A DNA stretch of 64,000 nucleotides from Pseudomonadota bacterium (GTDB taxonomy: Bacteria; Pseudomonadota; Alphaproteobacteria; Rhizobiales; Xanthobacteraceae): positions 731 to 64,730 of the forward strand of contig JBKPOZ010000126.1 of the NCBI GenBank assembly GCA_046733355.1, given 5' to 3'. How positions within the stretch are numbered: position 1 is the first letter of the stretch; every line of letters begins with the position of its first letter. This document shows positions 52,233 to 60,430 of this stretch, in pieces. The notes under the pieces were generated by a model. That model saw nothing but the letters and a program-made list of their open reading frames with translations. It did not search any database and was not told where the DNA came from. The translations under genes were made by a program, and so were the position numbers.

Positions 52233-54292
52233 GCCCGATCGAGAGGTGTCGCCTCGAGCAGGAGGAATTTTTCGAACGAGACGGAAAGCCGATTGGCCGA
52301 AGGCGATACCGATGCAAGCGTTCTGTCGGTCCAGTAATCGGAAACTGTATAATTGCGGCTGTCCAGCCCGCGCAATTCCACATGGCCTTCCCAGCGATCG
52401 GCATAGAGCGCGTAATAGAGGCGCTCTCCTTTCGCGATCACATGCGCCTCGGGCTTGTCAAAGCCGATATCGTAGAGGTCGCCGCGATAGCGCCCCTCCG
52501 GGAGTCCTTTTTCGTTATAGAGCGCAATCCAGCGCCGCCATTCGGCTTCCTTTTCCGGCGTCAGGAGAAGCGCGGCTTCGCTTGCAGCGCGCGGCCAGGT
52601 GAACTTCGTCGACACGATCGCGCCGATCCCAACGGTTGATGCAAAATCATTGCCGCCGTCGCTGAGCTCCACGTGATCGCCGGCAAACGCCGCGGACGGA
52701 CCCATGAGTGCCTTGATCGCCTTGCCCTTGTGACGCACCTGCCAGGACGTGAGCGGATCGGAAGCGACCGGCTGATTCATAAACGGCATGTTGTAAAACG
52801 ACTGGCACGTGCCGCACGGGCAGATTTCCACGACGGCGGCCGCATTGATGGCGGTGGCCTCCGCGTAGAGCGCGGCCCAGAAATCCTGCAGCTGCTCGAC
52901 CGATTCCTCAGGGCGCGCGTGCCCGTGCGCGGGGTTGTAGCAAGGCGCAACGCCGTTGAGGTGCTGGCCATCGAGCTTGAGTCCCTCGTATCCCCATTCG
53001 CGCATGACTTTGCGAAGGAGCGCTTTTCCCCATTCCACCGTCTTCGGATATGCGGGACACAACGTGAAGCTGTCCCACCAGGTGATGTTCTGCGGCGCAC
53101 CCGCCCCGTCGAGCAGCAGCATGTCCGGATTCGCGCGTAGAAGATCCGATGCGGGGCGCGCGGCGAGCGGCGCGATCCACAGCTTGGGCTTCATGCCAGT
53201 GCGCTTGATCGCCTGCACGAGCGCGATCATGTCGACATCGCCGCGGGGGAATTTGCCCGGGTCGAGATACCAGTCGCCCTCGGCCGTTTGCCAGCCATCG
53301 TCGACACCGGCCCAGACGAGACCGAGCTCACGGGCTTTGGGCAGTGTGCCGAGAACCTGCGTGACGGTGAAATCGCGCTCGTAACCCCACGCGCACCAGA
53401 TCGGCGCGTATGCAGCCTGCGGGATCGAGGCCTGCTGCATTCCTCGGTCGCCAAGAATGCGCCGATAGGCATCGAGCGTCGCGAAGCAATCGCCGCGATG
53501 CACGGCCACGAAGGTGCGCAACGTTGAAAAGCTCTCCCCTGGCGCAAGCGTCAGGGTGCAGTCGCATTCCATCAACACGCGCGCTCCCTCGGACGTCATG
53601 GTGAGCGGCAGCGCCACGAGCTTCGGCACGGTTTCGATGTGGCCCAGCGCGAGCCCCCAATCGCGGCGCCAGACATCCACCACAGGAGTGCCGCCGCCGT
53701 AATCGGATGAATTCATGCCCATGAAATTGCGCTGGTCGAATCCCATGTGCACCGGCTGCACCCAATCGCGGCGATCTTCATAGGTCGCTCCGGAAAAGGA
53801 CCAGTACTCGGGCTGTTCCGCGCCGGCAGGCTTGAGCACGTGGGCGCCATTGACCCAACCCTCGATGCGCAGCGGAGCCGCACCAGTGTTTCGGTACACC
53901 ACATTGAGGAAAGCAATGCCGGGAAAGCGGTCGTACAGCGCAATGTCGAGCTCTTTCTCGATACCCTCTGCAGCTCCGCGCACGATGTGACGAGTGCCGG
54001 GGCCGTGCACGTCCTCGATGCGCTCGCTGCGCTCGGACTGAAACTGGAACTCATCAATGCGCCTGCCGCCGGCAAGGCGCAGCGCCTCGCTTGCTTCGAA
54101 ATCGGTGAGCGGCTCGCGGGCGCTGCCCGCCAGAACGCGGCAGCGCAGGGCGGAATCGATCTCCAGCGCGATGAGTGTGTCACCGATGCGCAGGCGCGTC
54201 TCGGCCGCAGCGGCGACGCGCGCGCGCAGCCCCGATGCTCCCGCAACGGATGCAGCCAGGAGCTTGAGTACGGTTCGCCTGCGAGGCAGCAT
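52229..54292 (-). CDS. Tat-exported clan GH-D glycoside hydrolase (GH36/GH27-like alpha-galactosidase / alpha-N-acetylgalactosaminidase candidate)
   Basis: A 687-aa ORF with a twin-arginine signal (MLPRRRTVLKLLAASVAGASG). Catalytic-core-like motifs are WCAWGY, GVDDGWQTAEGDW..DPGKFPRG, KPKLWIAP and YEGLKLDGQ. Confidence 0.75.
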   Translation of the reverse strand: MLPRRRTVLKLLAASVAGASGLRARVAAAAETRLRIGDTLIALEIDSALRCRVLAGSAREPLTDFEASEALRLAGGRRIDEFQFQSERSERIEDVHGPGTRHIVRGAAEGIEKELDIALYDRFPGIAFLNVVYRNTGAAPLRIEGWVNGAHVLKPAGAEQPEYWSFSGATYEDRRDWVQPVHMGFDQRNFMGMNSSDYGGGTPVVDVWRRDWGLALGHIETVPKLVALPLTMTSEGARVLMECDCTLTLAPGESFSTLRTFVAVHRGDCFATLDAYRRILGDRGMQQASIPQAAYAPIWCAWGYERDFTVTQVLGTLPKARELGLVWAGVDDGWQTAEGDWYLDPGKFPRGDVDMIALVQAIKRTGMKPKLWIAPLAARPASDLLRANPDMLLLDGAGAPQNITWWDSFTLCPAYPKTVEWGKALLRKVMREWGYEGLKLDGQHLNGVAPCYNPAHGHARPEESVEQLQDFWAALYAEATAINAAAVVEICPCGTCQSFYNMPFMNQPVASDPLTSWQVRHKGKAIKALMGPSAAFAGDHVELSDGGNDFASTVGIGAIVSTKFTWPRAASEAALLLTPEKEAEWRRWIALYNEKGLPEGRYRGDLYDIGFDKPEAHVIAKGERLYYALYADRWEGHVELRGLDSRNYTVSDYWTDRTLASVSPSANRLSVSFEKFLLLEATPLDRA

Positions 54293-54343
54293 GGCTTCCC
54301 CTTATTCCGATGGTTGGTGCGGCTCAACCTCGAAAAACGCTTC

Positions 54344-54423
54344 GCAGGGTGGGTTGAGCGATAGCGAAACCCACCAAGGGGACGGAATTTGATGGGTTTC
54401 GCTTGCGCTCAACCCATCCTACG
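54344..54423. repeat. REP-like element, family E (GGTGGGTTGAGCGATAGCGAAACCCACC ... GATGGGTTTCGCTTGCGCTCAACCCATCCTAC)
   Basis: Two related hairpin units in inverted arrangement. This is the only copy in the window. Confidence 0.7.
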
Positions 54424-54534
54424 ACACTACGCTGCAGCGGCCTGGCCACACATGGTGAAAATGTTCGCGGTGCGCTTGGCGTGCAGCGATTGTTGGCGCT
54501 CGATTGCAATGCAGAAGTGGGTGGGGTGCGTGCG

Positions 54535-54954
54535 ATGTTATGCTTGTCCTGCGGGGGCGAGATGCGCCTGATCGGCGTGGCGGAAGATCAGGAGCTATTG
54601 TCCGGGTATCTGCATCACACCTTCGAGTGCGCAGCCTGCAAAGAGACGGAGACCCGGCTGTTGTTCACGCGCGAGCGGCCGGTGCCGGTTGCACCCGCAC
54701 CCGTACGTGAGGCAGAGATCCCATCCGAGAGCGCGTGGGAGCAGGCGATCGCAAAATTGCGCAATCACCAACTGGTCCTGAGCGCCAAAGCGGAGCTCCG
54801 CAAAGCCTCCGAACGCGCGGTGGAGTTCAACCGCCAGTGGGATCTGCTCCCGGAGCGTAAGCCAAAGCCCGCTCTGCGGTCGCGCCGTGATGCGTCCAGC
54901 CTGTGGGCGCGCGCGATAGCGAGGCTGCGGCCGGTACCCGGCTCGGAACGCTAG
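54535..54954 (+). CDS. Small zinc-ribbon protein (hypothetical)
   Basis: The start is at MLCLSCGGEMRLIG...HHTFECAACKETE (a CxxC...CxxC pair), followed by a basic helical tail. 139 aa. Confidence 0.6.
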   Translation: MLCLSCGGEMRLIGVAEDQELLSGYLHHTFECAACKETETRLLFTRERPVPVAPAPVREAEIPSESAWEQAIAKLRNHQLVLSAKAELRKASERAVEFNRQWDLLPERKPKPALRSRRDASSLWARAIARLRPVPGSER

Positions 54955-55093
54955 AACCGTCAGCCCAGATGAGATGGGGCGACGCGACCGAGCAGGCCAT
55001 CCGTTTAGGTTAAGGAATGAGAAACCCGGTTCGCCGCTGGTTGTCTGCGCGACTGCTGCATATAGCTTCAGCCTCCCGCTCGGAGGCGATGCG

Positions 55094-55300
55094 ATGGCGG
55101 TGTGGAGGTGGTCCTCTTTCGCTCAGGCGCCTGCAACCAGGCTGCCGCTGCTGTCCTTCATTGTGATCGTGGGCGCGCTTCTCGTCATTGCGTTATTCGC
55201 CGTTGCGCCGCGCGCGCCGGTCCATCAGGACAAGCAACAGAGAGACGTCGAGAGGCTCGGTGAGACGTTTCTCTTCGGCCGGCACGCACCGAAACGGTAG
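55094..55300 (+). CDS. Small single-TM membrane protein (hypothetical, 68 aa)
   Basis: MAVWRWSSFAQAPATRLPLLSFIVIVGALLVIALFAVAP..., with GGAGG 7 nt upstream of the ATG. Confidence 0.45.
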   Translation: MAVWRWSSFAQAPATRLPLLSFIVIVGALLVIALFAVAPRAPVHQDKQQRDVERLGETFLFGRHAPKR

Positions 55301-55344
55301 CATCCATCAGGCGAGCTGCAGCAGAACGCTCGCGAGCGACACGA

Positions 55345-55473
55345 TCAGAACCGCGCAAAGGCCGCGAGCGCAGTCACTGCGCTGGCGAGAAAGCGCCACG
55401 CGCGCTCACGCCTGTGTTGCGAAGCGTGCCGGCGAGGCAGGAGCGCCGGAATTGCGGATGTTTTCGCCAACAT
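55345..55473 (-). CDS. Candidate small ORF (42 aa), below the ORF-track threshold
   Basis: The minus strand reads CTCGGGAGGGGTTCTTC-ATG, then MLAKTSAIPALLPRRHASQHRRERAWRFLASAVTALAAFARF*. It has a strong SD and GC-rich third positions. Confidence 0.3.
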   Translation of the reverse strand: MLAKTSAIPALLPRRHASQHRRERAWRFLASAVTALAAFARF

Positions 55474-55692
55474 GAAGAACCCCTCCCGAGGCGGATGGCC
55501 TTCACTGGCAGGAACAATTAACGGTGTATTAACAAAGAGAGCGCAACCGGCAGGATTTAACGAATTTGTAAGTGTCTCATTCAGATTTCGTTAAGCATAT
55601 CGGGAGCACGATCAGCGCAATGCCCGCGGATACGGCCTCGGATAGGAGTGCGCTGCGGGCAACAGGATAAGCGCTATCCGGCTTCTCCAGAG

Positions 55693-55718
55693 AAGGCCGC
55701 CTTAGGGGCGGCCTTTTT
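55693..55718 (+). terminator. Rho-independent terminator (plus strand)
   Basis: AAGGCCGCC-ttagg-GGCGGCCTT followed by TTTGG: a 9-bp GC-rich stem running into a T5 tract. No annotated plus-strand gene lies within 390 nt upstream. Confidence 0.65.
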
Positions 55719-55739
55719 GGTCAGCCGAATGCCGGTGAG

Positions 55740-56450
55740 TTACGGATAGGTTTTCGGCAGATGCGATGCAACGCGCATCCGCACCAGCTCATAGCACTCG
55801 CAGGAGGCGTCGATCAGGCCCGGTCGATTGACGATGGTCACTTGTCCCCGTTTGCGGCGAATCAGGCCCTTCCGCTCCAGCTGCCCCACGGCGTTCGTAA
55901 TCGATGGACGCTGCACGCCCAACATTTCGGCGAGCAGGTTTTGCGTGAGCGGGAGCGCATCGCTGTCGCTGCGATCGCGCATCATCAATAGCCAGCGGGC
56001 AAGCCGGTTCGAGAGCCCGTGCGCGCCATTGCACGCACAGGAAACAAGCACCTGCTCGAGGAATGCTTCCAGATAGGAAAGCATCAGGCTGCGGAATGCA
56101 GGAAACGCGTTCACCGCCCGGACGAAGTCTGCGCGCGGCATCCTGGTCGCGCTGCCGGGAACCTGAACGAGAAAGCGCGCGGACGTGCTCTTCGCGCCGA
56201 GAACCGCCTGTATACCGGTGCATCCTTCCCGGCCGATTGTCGCCATTTCGATCATGCTGCCATTCGCATAGACAGCCAGTACCGAGATCACGCCTCTGTC
56301 GGGGAAGAAAATGTGCGCGAGCGCGCTGTCGGCATCGAGAAGCACCTGCTCGCGGCGGCAGCGTATCTGCTCGAGATCCGGCGCGAGCCGCTTGAGGTCG
56401 CGCGCCGGGAGCGCCAGCAGCAAACGGTTGCGAGGCCACTGTCCATCCAT
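55740..56450 (-). CDS. Crp/Fnr family transcriptional regulator
   Basis: A 236-aa ORF with a cNMP-binding-like N-terminal domain and a C-terminal HTH (LTQNLLAEMLGVQRPSITNAVGQLERKGLI). It lacks the N-terminal Cys cluster of true Fnr. Confidence 0.88.
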   Translation of the reverse strand: MDGQWPRNRLLLALPARDLKRLAPDLEQIRCRREQVLLDADSALAHIFFPDRGVISVLAVYANGSMIEMATIGREGCTGIQAVLGAKSTSARFLVQVPGSATRMPRADFVRAVNAFPAFRSLMLSYLEAFLEQVLVSCACNGAHGLSNRLARWLLMMRDRSDSDALPLTQNLLAEMLGVQRPSITNAVGQLERKGLIRRKRGQVTIVNRPGLIDASCECYELVRMRVASHLPKTYP

Positions 56451-56684
56451 GCCGCACGCTCTGCGCGATACGCGTCGGGAAAGCTAGGCTGTCGCGAGAA
56501 GGGTGTCGGTCATATACCGTACCAACCGCCCCCGAATCGGGATGGGAGCAAGGGGTCCCGGCTGGCACACGTGATCCAGGCGGAATCTATCAAGCATCCA
56601 CTCGTCTCCGCCAAAGCGGCGACCCGGTTCCCTTCTTCTGGATTCCCGGTTGCGGTGAATGAGCGGATCAAGAGCCACCCTGCT

Positions 56685-59093
56685 CTAGGGTCGCTCGGTT
56701 TTTGGCCGCCGCCGCGAATCGCGCAAATGCACGAGATTCTTCGGCGCCGGCTGCGCGCGCGCGATCGCGCTCGCCACCGCCCGGCTCAGCTCTGCAAGCT
56801 GAAAAGGCTTGCGCAGCACGACGAACTCGGCAGCGGCCGAGGCTGCCGCCTGGCTGTAGCCGCTTACGAGGAGCACCGGAAGCGCGGGACGGCTCTTGCG
56901 AACGGCGCCTGCGAGGGCAAGACCGTCCATGGGGCCGGCCATCAGGATGTCGCTGACGACGAGATCGAAATTGCCGCGCTCGAGGCTCTGCAGGGCTGTC
57001 ACCGCATTGCGTTCGGCATGTACGCGGTAACCCAGCTGCGCAAGCATCGCCAGGGTCACTTCCGCCACTTCCGGATTGTCCTCGACGAGCAGCGCCAATC
57101 CGCCCGGCGAGGCATCGATCGCTGTACTTGCGCCCGGCGAGGCATCGATTGCCGTACTTGCCTCGTGACTCTGCGGCTGCGCTACTGCCCGTGGCAGGTA
57201 GAGCTTGATTGTGGTCCCTTTCCCAAGGTCGCTGCTTACCGTCACGGTTCCTCCGCTCTGATGCGCGAAGCCGTACACCTGCGAGAGTCCCAGTCCCGTT
57301 CCCCTGCTCGGCTCCTTGGTGGTGAAGAACGGCTCGCATACCCGCGGCAGGATGTCGGCCGGAATCCCGCAGCCGGTGTCGGCGATTGCGAGTTCCACGA
57401 AGTCTCCCTCGAGATCGCCTGGCGCATGCTGGCCGCTTAGCCGGACGTTCTCGCCATTGATGGCGATCAGGCCGCCTTGCGGCATGGCGTCGCGTGCATT
57501 GAGCGCGACATTCATCAGCGCGAGCTCGAGCTCGTTGACGTCCACCTGCACCGGCCAGATCTCGGGAAAAATATTGACGGCGATGGTCGTTGCCGGTCCC
57601 AGCGAGCTCGCCATCATCTTGCTCAAGGCCTCGAGCCTTTCACGCAGATCGACAGCGGCTGGATTGAGCGTTTGCCGGCGCGAAAAGCTGAGCAATTGAC
57701 GCGTCAGCGATTCTCCGCGCCTGGCGGCGAGCTCTATGGCTTCGGCTGCACGCATTGCCGCGGCATCATGCGCGACCACTTTCTTGATCATCGGGATATA
57801 CCCGCCCACAATCATCAACAGATTGTTGAAATCGTGTGCCACACCCCCGGTAAGCTGCCCGAGCGCCTCCATCTTTTGCGTGTGCGCGCGCTGGGCCTGT
57901 GATTCCTGCAGCGCCAGCTGCGCCTCGCGCCGATCGGTCATGTCGCGCGTGATCTTGGCGAAGCCGACGAGCGTGCCGTGTTCATCCCGGATCGGATTGA
58001 TGACCGCATTGGCCCAGAACAGGCTTCCATCCTTGCGCACGCGCCAGCCTTCCGCCTCGTAGCCTCCCTGCTGCGCGGCCATGTAGAGAGCGCGCGCCGG
58101 CAAGCCTGCCGAGCGTTCGTGCTCGGTGTAAAAGCGCGAGAAGTGCTGCCCGATTATCTCGTCAGCGGTGTAGCCCTTGATGCGCTCGGCGCCCGGATTC
58201 CAGCTCGTCACCACCCCATTCGGGTCGAGCATGAAAAGCGCGTAATCGGTCACGCCGCGCACGAACAGCCGCAGCTGGCGCTCGCTTTGCTGCAACGCTT
58301 CCTGTGCGTTTCGCCGCTCGGTGATGTCGCGGGTGATCTTGGCGAATCCGAGGAGCTCGCCGCTTTCGGTGCGAACGGCGTCGATCACAACGGAAGCCCA
58401 GAAGCGGCTGCCGTCCTTGCGCACGCGCCAGCCCTCGTCCTCGTAGCGTCCCTCGCGTGCTGCCGTGTCGAGCGTGCGCACGGGAAGACCGGCGGCACGA
58501 TCCTCCTTGGTGTAGAAGCGCGAGAAGTGCTGGCCGATCGCTTCCTCGGCGCTGTAGCCTTTCAGCCGCTCGCCGCCCGCGTTCCAGTTGGTGATGATGC
58601 CGCTCGGGTCGAGCATGTAGATGGCGTAATCGAGCACACCGTCGACCAACAGGCGGAAACGCCGCTCGCTTTCAAGCAGCGCCTCCTGGGCGGCAACGCG
58701 CTCGGTGATGTCGCGCGTGATCTCGGCAAAGCCGATGAGCGTGTCTGTCGAATCGGCGATCTTTTCAATGACCGAGCTCGCGCGGAATCGCGTTCCCTCC
58801 TTGCGCAGCCGCAAGCCTTCTTGCTCGCAGCGTCCGGTCGATGTCGCCCGCTCCAGCATGCGCCCGGGAAGTCCCTCCGCGCGATGCTCGTCCGTGAAGA
58901 AGCGGGAGAAATGCTGCCCGATTATTTCGAAGGATCGATAGCCGGTAACTCTCTCGGCTCCGGGATTCCAGCTGACGATAAAGCCGTCCGGATCGAGCAT
59001 GTAGATGGCGTAATCGGTGACTGCATCAATCAGCAGCCGGAGGCGCTCGGCATCGCTCAGCCCAGCTGCTTGTCCGGCCGTGCTCAACGGCAT
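56685..59093 (-). CDS. Hybrid sensor histidine kinase: three tandem PAS domains - HisKA - HATPase - receiver
   Basis: The start is at MPLSTAGQAAGL. It has three collinear modules of about 125 aa (DYA[IL][YF]MLDP.G....WN.G.ER.KGY...E.IGQHFSRF[YF]T), an H-box (GGVAHDFNNLL), GTGLGLSQVYGF and a C-terminal REC. Confidence 0.9.
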   Translation of the reverse strand: MPLSTAGQAAGLSDAERLRLLIDAVTDYAIYMLDPDGFIVSWNPGAERVTGYRSFEIIGQHFSRFFTDEHRAEGLPGRMLERATSTGRCEQEGLRLRKEGTRFRASSVIEKIADSTDTLIGFAEITRDITERVAAQEALLESERRFRLLVDGVLDYAIYMLDPSGIITNWNAGGERLKGYSAEEAIGQHFSRFYTKEDRAAGLPVRTLDTAAREGRYEDEGWRVRKDGSRFWASVVIDAVRTESGELLGFAKITRDITERRNAQEALQQSERQLRLFVRGVTDYALFMLDPNGVVTSWNPGAERIKGYTADEIIGQHFSRFYTEHERSAGLPARALYMAAQQGGYEAEGWRVRKDGSLFWANAVINPIRDEHGTLVGFAKITRDMTDRREAQLALQESQAQRAHTQKMEALGQLTGGVAHDFNNLLMIVGGYIPMIKKVVAHDAAAMRAAEAIELAARRGESLTRQLLSFSRRQTLNPAAVDLRERLEALSKMMASSLGPATTIAVNIFPEIWPVQVDVNELELALMNVALNARDAMPQGGLIAINGENVRLSGQHAPGDLEGDFVELAIADTGCGIPADILPRVCEPFFTTKEPSRGTGLGLSQVYGFAHQSGGTVTVSSDLGKGTTIKLYLPRAVAQPQSHEASTAIDASPGASTAIDASPGGLALLVEDNPEVAEVTLAMLAQLGYRVHAERNAVTALQSLERGNFDLVVSDILMAGPMDGLALAGAVRKSRPALPVLLVSGYSQAAASAAAEFVVLRKPFQLAELSRAVASAIARAQPAPKNLVHLRDSRRRPKTERP
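57101..57160 (-). repeat. Tandem 30-bp duplication inside the kinase gene (encodes ASTAIDASPG twice)
   Basis: CGCCCGGCGAGGCATCGAT[C/T]GC[T/C]GTACTTG occurs twice back to back with 2 mismatches, in the linker between the ATPase and REC domains. Confidence 0.9.
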
Positions 59094-59197
59094 GCTGGAA
59101 ACTCGAGAATCAGAGGGCTTTCCTGGGGGTGCGCTGCGTTGTAATATTTGCGCGCTCACAATACGACCGCAATGCCAACCCCGCAACTGAGCTGCCA

Positions 59198-59536
59198 ATG
59201 CACATGAACGCGAGGGTGCGTTGCCACCCTCAGACCACGGTGCACTTGCGGGCTGTTCCTACTCGCTATCGCCTGAGCTCATCGGGGGGCGACGATGAGG
59301 GGCCGGCCGAGCTCCTGCCTTTTGGACCGACGCCAAGCGAGCGCGAGGACCTGCCCTATCGGGTCGAGTTGTGGGATCAGGCCAAAGCTGCTGTCGAGCA
59401 GGTGCTGGCGGTAACGATCAGCGGAAGCATCGGCTACGCCGCCTATTATGCTGCAACGCGGGAATTTCCGGAACGCTACATCACGTTGCGGCACAAGAAC
59501 CGGATCGTTTCGCGCTGGAACGGGCCGGGTCACTGA
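59198..59536 (+). CDS. Small hypothetical protein, LPYR[VI]ELW family, paralog a (start uncertain)
   Basis: ...SEREDLPYRVELWDQAKAAVEQVLAVTISGSIGYAAYYAATREFPERYITLRHKNRIV is collinear with the next gene's product. Confidence 0.55.
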   Translation: MHMNARVRCHPQTTVHLRAVPTRYRLSSSGGDDEGPAELLPFGPTPSEREDLPYRVELWDQAKAAVEQVLAVTISGSIGYAAYYAATREFPERYITLRHKNRIVSRWNGPGH

Positions 59537-59590
59537 TCATTCCCGACTTATTCGCGACCGCCGCTCGCAAGGCGCTCGGGACAGGCTGCG

Positions 59591-59839
59591 ATGATCGAAC
59601 GTGAGCCGCACAAGGCGAAGGTTACCCAGCTCGCAGCCGCGGCGGGCGATCGCGAGAGCCTGCCTTACCGCATCGAGCTTTGGTCTGACGGCGATCGCAA
59701 GTCGCTGGAGCGTGTTCTTGCGCGCGCGTTCAACGTCGCGCTTGCGCGCGCCATATTCAAGGCGGCGCAGACCGAGCACCCCGGACGTCGCATCACCTTG
59801 CGGCGCGGTGTGCGCGTGATCGCGGATACTGCCGAATAG
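59591..59839 (+). CDS. Small hypothetical protein, LPYR[VI]ELW family, paralog b (82 aa)
   Basis: MIEREPHKAKVTQLAAAAGDRESLPYRIELWSDGDRKSLERVLARAFNVALARAIFKAAQTEHPGRRITLRRGVRVI. Paralogy with 59198..59536 favours the plus strand over the antisense ORF 59537..59926. Confidence 0.6.
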   Translation: MIEREPHKAKVTQLAAAAGDRESLPYRIELWSDGDRKSLERVLARAFNVALARAIFKAAQTEHPGRRITLRRGVRVIADTAE

Positions 59840-60001
59840 AGAACCGGTGTCTTCCGTCGCTTTTGCGCCGCCCGGACTCTTGACCTCCGGCGGGGCCGCA
59901 CCATCTATGCGTCCGTGAGACGACACTAGCGACCTCTTTGTACGCAGACATCAGGCCATCGCCCATGGCGGGCGAGGTGCGTCTGCGCAAAGGAGGTCCA
60001 C

Positions 60002-60331
60002 ATGCATCGCGCTCATCTCCCCATTTTGCTGTTTGCCTCGCCGGCAGCGCAGGCGCTGCTCGGCCGCGATGTCGCGGCCGTGGGCGTGCTCGCGCTCAAG
60101 GCCATTCTGCGCAACCGGAAAGGCATCGAGGTGGCGCATCAGCAGATCCGCTATCGCAAGCACGCGCTTGCGTTCTCCTCCCGCATCGGGCGCGACGGTG
60201 ATGTCATTCTCGACCTCGATGTCGGGCTGCCGGATCTGGAAAAGCGGCTGGTGCTCGAGACGGAGCTGCGCCGGGCCGAGCGTCGGGTCGTCGACGAGCG
60301 CTGGAACGAGCGCCGGCGCAAGGGCCGCTGA
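60002..60331 (+). CDS. Hypothetical protein (109 aa)
   Basis: AGGAGG lies 5 nt upstream of the ATG, and third codon positions are overwhelmingly G/C in this frame. No family was recognised. Confidence 0.6.
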   Translation: MHRAHLPILLFASPAAQALLGRDVAAVGVLALKAILRNRKGIEVAHQQIRYRKHALAFSSRIGRDGDVILDLDVGLPDLEKRLVLETELRRAERRVVDERWNERRRKGR

Positions 60332-60337
60332 GCCCCC

Positions 60338-60420
60338 GTCATGGCGGGGCTCGTCCCGGGCATCCACGCCTTTATCGCGCGAAGAAAGACGTGAGTGCCC
60401 GGCACAAGGCCGGGCATGAC
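60338..60420. repeat. REP-like element, family F (GTCATGGCGGGGCTCGTCCCGGGCATCCACG ... GTGCCCGGCACAAGGCCGGGCATGAC)
   Basis: A pair of hairpin-forming arms. This is the only copy in the window. Confidence 0.65.
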
Positions 60421-60430
60421 CGCTCCGGGA

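Noticed and set aside
56451-56684. An FNR/FixK-box-like half site (TTGATCCGCTCATT on the minus strand, about 56640-56665) upstream of the Crp/Fnr gene.
   Set aside because: Only the first half (TTGAT) matches and the second half is not ATCAA. That is not enough to call a binding site.
59537-60367. Minus-strand ORFs 59537..59926 (129 aa) and 59951..60367 (138 aa).
   Set aside because: The plus-strand alternatives are better supported. They have paralogy (59591..59839), or a strong AGGAGG SD plus GC-rich third positions (60002..60331).
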